Shown one piece after another: positions 56,026-63,656 of a DNA stretch of 64,000 nucleotides (position 1 is its first letter; each line of letters opens with the position of its first letter). The translations under genes and the position numbers were made by a program. The stretch is from Clostridia bacterium (lineage in GTDB: Bacteria > Bacillota > Clostridia > Christensenellales > CAG-138): positions 32,731-96,730 of the forward strand of contig JAFWVQ010000011.1 in assembly GCA_017523925.1 (NCBI GenBank), read 5' to 3'. A model generated the notes under the pieces. The model was given only the letters and a program-made list of their open reading frames with translations. It had not been told where the DNA came from and searched no databases.

Positions 56026-57135
56026 TCAGGCTCCGTTAAACATCCTCACCGGCAGCACCATATAATAAAACGCATTTCCCTCCATTGGCTCGATTATGAT
56101 GGGCGTAACGGAGGTGCTCATCTTGAGGCAGGCCTGCTCGTCGTCGATGTATTTGATCGCTTCAAGGATGTATTTGGCGTTGAAGGCGATGTCGATCGGC
56201 TTGCCCATGAGCTGGATATTGATCTGATCCTCGATGCTGCCCTTCTCGCTGTTTGCAAAGAGCGAGAGCTGATCCTCGGTGAAGGAGAAGCGGATGCTGT
56301 TGGACTTTGCTTCCCTTGCAAGCAGGGAAACGCGGTCGATCGCGTCCTGAAGCTCGCGGCAGTCCACCACGGCATGGCTGGTGTGCTGCTCGCGCATGAA
56401 GCTCGAATAATTGACGTAATCGCCGTCGAGCAGCCTCGATATTATCTTGGTGTGCCCGAAATCGATCTTGATATGTGTGGATGAGAAAACGAGCTTTATC
56501 TCCTCATCGCCGCCGGAAAGCACGCTTGCTATCTCGAGCATGGCCCTTGAGGGGATGACCACGCGCTTTTCGCCGGTCCTGTTCCTGACCTTCTCCCTGC
56601 GGATGGCAACACGGAAGCCGTCCAGCGCGATCATCCAAAGGCTGTCGTCCTCGCGGAATTCAAGGCAGATGCCCGTCAGGATGGGCCTTGCATCCTCGGA
56701 GGATACGGCGAAGGCGGTCTGGCGGATCATATTTTTAAGGCTCGACTGCTTGATCTCGGCGGAAAACTCCTCGTCCACCCGCTTCATCTCGGGAAACTCC
56801 TTAACGTCCGCAACCTGGAGCGAGGGCCTGCTCCTGCCCGATCTGAGCACAACGCCGCTCTTATCGCTCTCAAACTCTACCTCATCGCCGTTGAAGCGGC
56901 GAACGAGATCGGGGAAGGTCCTTCCTGTGAAGACCGCGCCGCCCTCCTCCTCAACGAAGGCCGGTATCTCCGTTTCGATCTGAAGCGACATATCGGAGCA
57001 TTTCAAAAACAGGGAGTTTGCGGAAGCGTAAAGATAGATGCCCTCAAGGATGGGCATGCTGGAATGGGCGGGCATGGCTTTTGAAACGATGGAGATCGCC
57101 TCGTTCAACTCGGCGGTGTTTACTCGAAAGCGCAT
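56026..57135 (-). CDS. dnaN: DNA polymerase III beta sliding clamp
   Basis: MRFRVNTAELNEAISIVSKAM...PILEGIYL, length 369 aa, and C-terminal MVLPVRM typical of DnaN. GGAGG lies 7 nt upstream of the ATG. Confidence 0.95.
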   Translation of the reverse strand: MRFRVNTAELNEAISIVSKAMPAHSSMPILEGIYLYASANSLFLKCSDMSLQIETEIPAFVEEEGGAVFTGRTFPDLVRRFNGDEVEFESDKSGVVLRSGRSRPSLQVADVKEFPEMKRVDEEFSAEIKQSSLKNMIRQTAFAVSSEDARPILTGICLEFREDDSLWMIALDGFRVAIRREKVRNRTGEKRVVIPSRAMLEIASVLSGGDEEIKLVFSSTHIKIDFGHTKIISRLLDGDYVNYSSFMREQHTSHAVVDCRELQDAIDRVSLLAREAKSNSIRFSFTEDQLSLFANSEKGSIEDQINIQLMGKPIDIAFNAKYILEAIKYIDDEQACLKMSTSVTPIIIEPMEGNAFYYMVLPVRMFNGA

Positions 57136-57147
57136 TGGTGGACCTCC

Positions 57148-57360
57148 GTAATTATAATTTATTAGTACAGCAGTAGCTGTAGTAGGGGGTGTGGAAACTG
57201 TTGATAAGCCAAAACAAGGCTTATGGGAAAAGGATTTGCGGTGTTGAAAACGGGTGGATAAGCCTGAGGATAAAAGGCAAGCTTTTCCACGTTTTCCTCA
57301 TCGAAGGAAGCTTTGGAGCGGTTTTCCACAAGTTTTGAAAATTTATCCATATGGAAAACT
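57148..57360 (-). promoter_or_regulatory. oriC-like module: AT tract, DnaA-trio-like triplets, GC cluster and degenerate DnaA boxes
   Basis: Plus strand reads ATTATAATTTATT (57151-57163); TTA GTA CAG CAG TAG CTG TAG TAG (57162-57185); GGGG (57186-57189); and abutting boxes TGTGGAAAC (57190-57198) and TGTTGATAA (57199-57207). Further 8/9 boxes are GGTGGATAA (~57253), TTTTCCACA (~57322) and TTATCCATA (~57343). Confidence 0.6.
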
Positions 57361-57494
57361 TCTAAAACAAGGAAAACTCTTCCCCGGATCAAGCCGCGAA
57401 CGGTGAAGCGCAGGCAAAAAAGCGCAAAAGCTCCGCCGTACAATTTCCCAACTATATTATAATGCAAAAAAGCTATGCGGTCAATGCCTGAGGG

Positions 57495-58182
57495 GAATGA
57501 AGAAATGAAGTCGCTGCGCTAATGAAGGAATGAAGCGCGCCTTCGGCGCATGATGTGTTCCTTCGGAACATTGAGGAAGAAATCCCAAGGGGATTTCAGA
57601 TTAAATCGAAGAAACGCGCATAAAAGCCTTCCCCTTTGAGGGGAAGGTGGCTGAGCGGGGCAGCGCCGCGCGAAGACGGATGAGGTGGAAATATTCAAAA
57701 GAAACGCCCTCGGCGTTTCAACCTCAACTATTCACTATTCATTATTCACTGCGCTGCGGCTGCGCCTACGGCGAATGAAGTCGCTTCGCTAATGAAGGAA
57801 TGAAGACGCCTTCGGCTAATGAAGAAATGGAGGAAGAAATTCATGCGGAATTTCAAAATAAATATTAGAGCTGCGCGCCTTTCGGCGCGATGAAATTCGC
57901 CTTACGGCGAGTGAAATCTGCCTGCGGCAGGTGAAATTTGCCTGCGGCAAATGAAATCCGGCTGCGCCGGGTTGAGGAAGAAATCCCACAAGGATTTCAA
58001 ATTAAACAGAAGAAACGCCGCCCAAAAGCCTTCCCCTTTGAGGGGAAGGTGGCTGAGGCGTGGCAAAGCCGCGCGAAGACGGATGAGGTGGAAATATTCA
58101 AAAGAAACGCCCTCGGCGTTTCAACCTCAACTATTCACTATTCACTATTCATTATTCATTATTCATTATTCACTATTCACTA
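57495..58182 (-). repeat. Composite intergenic repeat family, reverse orientation, two tandem composite copies
   Basis: Each copy has AATGAAG/TGAAAT-spaced mini-hairpins, GAAATCCCnnnGGGATTTC, CCTTCCCCTTTGAGGGGAAGG, GACGGATGAGGTGG, GAAACGCCctcGGCGTTTC and CAACCTCAACTATTCAC(TATTCAT)n. This is the exact reverse complement of the order seen at 3034-5075. Confidence 0.9.
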
Positions 58183-58285
58183 AAACAAAGCCTCTTTCCC
58201 TGTTGAAATCCCACCATTGTTTATGATATAATAATATTGTGGGGGCAGTGGCGAAACGCTTTTCACTCAGCCCTTCGGAGGGAAT

Positions 58286-59308
58286 ATGTTCAAGAGGATA
58301 ATAAAAATCGTTTCGGCACTTATATTCGTTTCGGCGCTCGCTTTTCTGTGCGCGCTCTTTGCGTTCCCGAGCATCGGCGCGCAGAAGAGCGACAAGGAGG
58401 CGCATCGCTACGGCGTGCTCGAGCTTCGCGGCGCTTACCGCAATTCTTCGGCCGTCGTGGAGGGCGTTTGCCTGAGCAGCTATCTCTCCCCGTACGGCAG
58501 CCCGGTCTCGAATTATTCCGTTGAAAAGGTGCTTTCCGGCAAGAATATCGCGGAGGGCGACGTGATTAGTGTCAACTCGAGCGACGTTTCCGGCTCGCGC
58601 CGCATCCTCTACCTTGCAAACGCGATCGGCGACGTTCATTCGGAAAACAGCGAGGTCTACAATATCGTTGAGGGCGGCATGCTCGCTTTCGACGGTAAGA
58701 ATATCATGCTTCCCGGCAGCGGGCCGATTCCCGTTGAGCTGATGGAAAACGATATCGTGAAGCTCAAGGAAGAGATGCAGATCCCTTCTAAATACTATTG
58801 CTACGACGATATAAAAAGCCTTGTCGACAACTGCTCCACCGTGCTCGTGGGCAGGGTGGAGAGCATTGAGGTGAACGAAGGCGCCGAGCTTTTCACGAAT
58901 CACCGCGGCGAGGTCGTGCGCATGGAGGGGGACTATACACGCCTGAGAGTGCGCGTTATGAACGGCCTTTACTGGCAGAACAGCTTCGGCGAAATGCTCG
59001 ACGTGCGGCTCGTTTCGGGCAGTGAAAACAGCGTTCTGGACGCTAAAACGAACAACAGCTTCGTTTACACGCATCCCGCGCCCGCGATCGAAAAAGGCAA
59101 GGTCTATATCTTCTTTTTGAAGCGGAGCCCCGATGAAAAGGAGAGCTTCTTCTTCCCGGTGAACGCCTACCAGGGCTTCATCGAAACGATGGGCGAGGAG
59201 GTCCTCGTTCCCGAGGCGAACAGGGCCTTTTACGGGGTCACGAGCTTTGATAAGCTTGTGGATCTGCTCAGAAAGGCCTCCGGCATTCCTCTTGCGGCTG
59301 TCGAATAA
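58286..59308 (+). CDS. Hypothetical secreted or membrane-anchored protein
   Basis: GGAGGGAAT precedes the ATG. It has a signal/anchor sequence IIKIVSALIFVSALAFLCALFAF and two internally similar beta-rich halves. I recognise no motif. Confidence 0.65.
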   Translation: MFKRIIKIVSALIFVSALAFLCALFAFPSIGAQKSDKEAHRYGVLELRGAYRNSSAVVEGVCLSSYLSPYGSPVSNYSVEKVLSGKNIAEGDVISVNSSDVSGSRRILYLANAIGDVHSENSEVYNIVEGGMLAFDGKNIMLPGSGPIPVELMENDIVKLKEEMQIPSKYYCYDDIKSLVDNCSTVLVGRVESIEVNEGAELFTNHRGEVVRMEGDYTRLRVRVMNGLYWQNSFGEMLDVRLVSGSENSVLDAKTNNSFVYTHPAPAIEKGKVYIFFLKRSPDEKESFFFPVNAYQGFIETMGEEVLVPEANRAFYGVTSFDKLVDLLRKASGIPLAAVE

Positions 59309-59422
59309 TTATTATTATGCGTCCGAGATCCTGCATTTTGGGCGCATTTTTATAGGCTCGATTTTTAGAAATGGCTTTATTCGGGCAGATCATGGGACAT
59401 TTTAGGAACACAAAACGGTGTA

Positions 59423-59600
59423 AAATAGTGAATAGTGAATAATGAATAGTGAATAGTTGTGGATGAAATCCCGAGGGGATTTCTTATTTGAAAGTGATTA
59501 GTGAATGGTGAATAGTGAATAGTTGCGGATGAAATTCCAAAGGAATTTCTTCTGATTGAATGATAGTTATTAGTTGATAGTTTAAGTTAATAAATGATGA
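59423..59600 (+). repeat. Composite intergenic repeat family, forward orientation (two core units)
   Basis: AATAGTGAATAGTGAATAATGAATAGTGAATAGTTGTGGATGAAATCCCgagGGGATTTCTT, and GTGAATGGTGAATAGTGAATAGTTGCGGATGAAATTCCaaaGGAATTTCTTCTGATT. Confidence 0.85.
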
Positions 59601-59636
59601 TTTCTTTATACCTTTTCGGAAGGAGTATCGGGGCTG

Positions 59637-62600
59637 ATGGCAGTGAACGGCGAGAGCATCAAGGCAAACGAAAACAATAATTCAAACGATCAGCAGAGGG
59701 CGATAAATGAAAACGGCAATCTGCTTGTTTCCGCTGCGGCGGGCGCGGGCAAGACCTACGTGCTCACCAAGCGCATAGTCAGGCTGGTGAGCGAGGGCGC
59801 GAGGATGGACGAGCTTTTGATCGTTACCTTCACAAGGGCCGCCGCCGCCGAGATGCGCGAGAGGATCGAAAAGGAGCTGAACGACGCCGCAGGCAGGGCC
59901 GAGGACGGCGAGATGCGTGCAAGGCTTATCGGCGCGGCCGCTTCGGTTTTCCGCGCGGATATCTCCACGATCGACGTTTTTTGCAGAAACGTATTAAAGC
60001 GCAATTACGACAGGGTCGGGCTCGATCCCGCCTTCACGGTGATGGACGATGCGCAGGCGTTTGTTATGATGAGGCGCGTGATAGACGATATCATCGAGGA
60101 ATTCTATCGCTCCAACGAGACCGAGCCGAGCGAGGCTTCCCTCTTTCTTGCCGAGGCGCTCAGCAAGAAGGCCGATATTGAAAAGCTTATAACGAGCGTT
60201 TATCACGCGGTCTCGGCGCGGCCCGATCCTAAGGGAAAGCTGCTTGAGTGCGCGGAAAAATACGAGGTCGGCGAGAATTTCGACAGGCTCTTTGAGGAAT
60301 GTGCGCAGATCTTCATCTCGTCCGCAAAGATGCGGCTCAGGCTGCTTCGCGAGCGGGCTGTGGAGACCGCGATGAGCATTATGAGCCTTGAAAAAGGCGA
60401 GGTGTATTACGGAAAGATCCATAGCTGGATCCAGGAGATAGACGCGCTGCTCCTGCTTTCGAGCTATGACGAATGGTACAACGCACTTTCCGGAATCGAG
60501 CTTGAAAAGCTGACCGGCGGCAGGGGCAACAAGGCGCCGGACGAGGTGAAGGACCTTCGCAAGGATATCTCGGCTTACCTGAACGATCTTCTTAAAAAAA
60601 CCTTCATGCTCACAAAGAGCGAGGAGGAAACGCTTGCCGGATGTCTCAAGCCCGTTGTGAAGCTGATTTGCGAGCTTGTGATAAGGTTTATGGATGAATT
60701 CACCGCTATGAAGCGCGAGAATTCGCAGGTGGATTTCACCGATCTTGAGCAGCTTGCGCTCGAGGCGCTCGAGGATGAGCGGATAGCCGAGGAATACCGG
60801 AATAAATACAGCCATATCTTCATCGACGAGTATCAGGACACGAATTCCTTGCAGGACAGCATTTTTAAAAGGATCAGCCGGGGAAACAATCTCTTCATGG
60901 TGGGCGATGTGAAGCAGAGCATCTATCGCTTCCGCCAGGCGGAGCCCGAGATCTTCCTTGAAAAATACAATGAATACCGTGTGGATGAGGGCGGCGAGGG
61001 CTTTGGAAAAAGGATCGATCTCAACCGCAATTTCAGAAGCGAATCCGCCGTGCTCAGCGCAACGAACAGCATTTTTCGCTGCCTGATGAAGGGCGACGTG
61101 GGCGAGATAGATTACAGCGACAACGCCGCGCTGAACCCGCGCGACGACGCCGGAAGGGGCAGCGCGGAGCTCCATCTGATCGAAATGAGCGAAGAATTAT
61201 ATCGGGCTGTGGATAATTCTGTTGAAAACGTGGATAACTCCGATCACAATGCATCGTTTGAAGCTGCGGAAGGCTCAAAGGACGCTCAGAGCGGCGCGGA
61301 GGACTCGAAGGACGCGGATGACGAATCGAAAAAGGACGCTCAGAGCGCGCTCGAGGAGCTTGAGGGAGTGGAGGCCGAGGCGGAGCTGATCGCGGATAGG
61401 ATCATAGACATCATGCAGCACGGCAGCATCTACGATAAGAACAAAAAGGAGAACCGCGCTCCGAGATACTCCGATTTCGCAGTGATCTTGCGAACGGCGA
61501 AGGGCTTCGCGCTGCGCATTGTGAATGCGCTTTCAAAGCGCGGCATACCGTCCGCAGCCGAGCTCGGCAACGGCTATTTCGACGCGGTGGAGGTGCAGAT
61601 CTTCATAAACCTTCTGCGCGTTATCGATAATATCAGGCAGGATATCCCGCTTGCATCGGTCATGCTTTCGCCGATCGGCTGCTTCGATGAAAAGGAGCTC
61701 GTGCTGATAAGATCGGCGTTTCGCGGCGAAAGATTCAAGGACGCGCCGTTTTGCGAAAGGCTTGCCGCCGCAAAGCTTGCCGTCGAGACCTTTGAGGCAC
61801 TTGAGGCCGCCGATCCGGGCGAAAATGATGAAAAGAACAAATACTATCGGGATATGTTCAATGACAGTGGCGAGGAGAAGCGCGCCGTGTTCAAAAAGGC
61901 GGCGGAGCTTTTGAAAAGGCTTGAGGGCTACCGCGAGCTGAGCCGCCTGATGGAGGTGAAGGAGTTCATAGGGCGATTGTTCGACGATACGCTCTTTGCG
62001 CTGTTCGCCTCGGCGATGCCGAACGGCCCCGCAAGGAAGGCGAATCTCGACATGATCCTCGAGTGTGCGGCCGCTTTCGAGAATATCGGCGGGCGCAGCC
62101 TGCATGGCTTCATAGATTATCTCGATGATCTTAAGGATAACAACAAGATCGGCGCGGCGCAGGTCCCCGGGGATGACGCGGTTCGTATAATGACAATACA
62201 TAAGAGCAAAGGGCTTGAATTCCCCGTGGTTTTCGTGTGCATGCTTGAGCATGGCTTCAATAAGAGAAATATGAATGACGCCGCGATCGTCGACCGCGAG
62301 CTCGGCATGGGGCTGAAGCTCGAGGTGGGTCTGCACCTGCTCGGCGAGCTTCCCGAGGAGCTTGCCGGGAGGGCGGGCAAGTCCATCATAAGGCGCGCGA
62401 TCGAGCAGCGCGAGGATGAAAAGCTGCTTGCCGAGCAGATGCGCCTGCTGTACGTGGCGATGACGAGGGCGAAGGAGAGGCTGATACTCGTCAGCGCGCA
62501 TAAAAAGATGGCAAAGCTCGTTGAAAACAATGCGCGGGAGCTGACGGATGCGCGCATACTCGGCGCAAAAAGCTTCATCGAATGGATACTCGGCGCATTG

Positions 62601-63422
62601 TTCCCGCTCGGGCTGAATCTGAAAAACGCGCTCAACGGGCTGGCTGTACCGATCGAAAACGACGAGCTGACCGTGTTCTACCGCCGAGCCGGCGAGGGGG
62701 ACGCGGTGGACAGGCGCATCGGCAAAGAGGAGTTTGCGCGATGGCTCGAGCAGGCGGCGCGCTGCTCTCACGATGCGGCGGACAAAAGGCTCTCGTTCCG
62801 CTACCCCCACGCCGAGGATACCGCCATGCCCGCCAAGCGCGGCGTTACCGAAAGCCTGCACCGGCCGGAGGACTACGTGTTTGAGCCGGCGGTGCCGTCG
62901 TTCATCGCGGAAAAGGGGGAGCGAAGCCTCTCCGCCGCCGAACGGGGCACGCTTATGCACCGCTTCATAATGCTGCTTCCGCTTGAAAAATCGGACGAGC
63001 ACGCGCTTGCTGAGCGGCTGAAAGTGCTTGAAGCGCAAGGCTTTTTCACGCATGATGAGGCGCGCGCGGTGGATATTGGGAAGGTGCTCGAGCTTACGCG
63101 CTCGCCCATCTATGAGGCGATGCTCGCGGCAAAGGGCGCGGGAAGGCTCGTGCTTCGTGAGAAGGAATTCTCGCTGATCGACGGCAGCGGCGCGCTCGTT
63201 CAGGGCATAGTGGACTGCTGCTATGAGGATGAGGACGGGCAGCTCGTGCTCGTGGATTACAAGACCACCGCGCTGCGCGGCAGAACGGCCGAGGAAACGG
63301 CGGCGCAGTACGCCCCGCAGCTTGAAGCATATGCCGAGGCGCTCGAGGCGCTGACGGGCAAGCGCGTTAGTGAAAAATGGATCTATCTGCTCGGCGCGGG
63401 CGAGGCCGTGCGGGTGGAATGA
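59637..63422 (+). CDS. addA: Helicase-nuclease AddAB subunit A (AddA)
   Basis: UvrD-type helicase motifs (VSAAAGAGKTYVL, IFIDEYQDTN, VGDVKQSIYRFR, TIHKSKGLEFPVVF, LLYVAMTRAKERL) and a C-terminal RecB nuclease motif (GIVDCCYEDEDGQLVLVDYKT). GGAAGGAG lies upstream of the ATG. Confidence 0.95.
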   Translation: MAVNGESIKANENNNSNDQQRAINENGNLLVSAAAGAGKTYVLTKRIVRLVSEGARMDELLIVTFTRAAAAEMRERIEKELNDAAGRAEDGEMRARLIGAAASVFRADISTIDVFCRNVLKRNYDRVGLDPAFTVMDDAQAFVMMRRVIDDIIEEFYRSNETEPSEASLFLAEALSKKADIEKLITSVYHAVSARPDPKGKLLECAEKYEVGENFDRLFEECAQIFISSAKMRLRLLRERAVETAMSIMSLEKGEVYYGKIHSWIQEIDALLLLSSYDEWYNALSGIELEKLTGGRGNKAPDEVKDLRKDISAYLNDLLKKTFMLTKSEEETLAGCLKPVVKLICELVIRFMDEFTAMKRENSQVDFTDLEQLALEALEDERIAEEYRNKYSHIFIDEYQDTNSLQDSIFKRISRGNNLFMVGDVKQSIYRFRQAEPEIFLEKYNEYRVDEGGEGFGKRIDLNRNFRSESAVLSATNSIFRCLMKGDVGEIDYSDNAALNPRDDAGRGSAELHLIEMSEELYRAVDNSVENVDNSDHNASFEAAEGSKDAQSGAEDSKDADDESKKDAQSALEELEGVEAEAELIADRIIDIMQHGSIYDKNKKENRAPRYSDFAVILRTAKGFALRIVNALSKRGIPSAAELGNGYFDAVEVQIFINLLRVIDNIRQDIPLASVMLSPIGCFDEKELVLIRSAFRGERFKDAPFCERLAAAKLAVETFEALEAADPGENDEKNKYYRDMFNDSGEEKRAVFKKAAELLKRLEGYRELSRLMEVKEFIGRLFDDTLFALFASAMPNGPARKANLDMILECAAAFENIGGRSLHGFIDYLDDLKDNNKIGAAQVPGDDAVRIMTIHKSKGLEFPVVFVCMLEHGFNKRNMNDAAIVDRELGMGLKLEVGLHLLGELPEELAGRAGKSIIRRAIEQREDEKLLAEQMRLLYVAMTRAKERLILVSAHKKMAKLVENNARELTDARILGAKSFIEWILGALFPLGLNLKNALNGLAVPIENDELTVFYRRAGEGDAVDRRIGKEEFARWLEQAARCSHDAADKRLSFRYPHAEDTAMPAKRGVTESLHRPEDYVFEPAVPSFIAEKGERSLSAAERGTLMHRFIMLLPLEKSDEHALAERLKVLEAQGFFTHDEARAVDIGKVLELTRSPIYEAMLAAKGAGRLVLREKEFSLIDGSGALVQGIVDCCYEDEDGQLVLVDYKTTALRGRTAEETAAQYAPQLEAYAEALEALTGKRVSEKWIYLLGAGEAVRVE

Positions 63423-63488
63423 GCATCGGCAAATACGGATAAATATGCAGCGCCTGCACGGAACGGGGGAAGGACCGCTCCGTCGGGC

Positions 63489-63528
63489 GCGTTTTTGCGG
63501 ATGCGTTTTTGCGGAAGCGTTTTGCGGG
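63489..63528 (+). repeat. Three direct repeats of GCGTTTT(T)GCGG(A/G) with 14-bp period
   Basis: GCGTTTTTGCGGA (63489-63501), GCGTTTTTGCGGA (63503-63515) and GCGTTTTGCGGG (63517-63528), lying between addA and the sigma-factor gene. Confidence 0.7.
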
Positions 63529-63656
63529 CGAGTATTCTAAGGTAAACTCCCGAAAAGGCGCGATAAAAAAATCTGCGGAAAAAAGCGTGGGTTTTGCGGC
63601 GAACGCGCGTATTATAGGTGAGAGCAAGCTCGGGCGGAGCTGAACAGGGGGAGGCT

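Noticed and set aside
57162-57467. 101-aa ORF (MHYNIVGKLYGG...) spanning the dnaN upstream region.
   Set aside because: It has no Shine-Dalgarno and an odd composition. It overlaps the DnaA-box, trio and AT-rich module, which explains the sequence better.
57495-58182. Possible CRISPR array, because of many short palindromic repeats.
   Set aside because: There is no constant 24-48-bp direct repeat alternating with unique spacers of similar length. The units are 7-bp heptamers and 13-bp hairpins with constant spacers. No cas genes are present in the window.
61208-61237. A perfect DnaA box TGTGGATAA (61208..61216) and an 8/9 box CGTGGATAA (61229..61237), 21 bp apart, inside addA. They encode AVDNSVENVDNS within an acidic low-complexity insertion.
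   Set aside because: About 0.5 perfect boxes are expected by chance in this window, and the site is inside a well-supported CDS. It is worth including in a DnaA ChIP analysis, but the sequence alone does not support a function.
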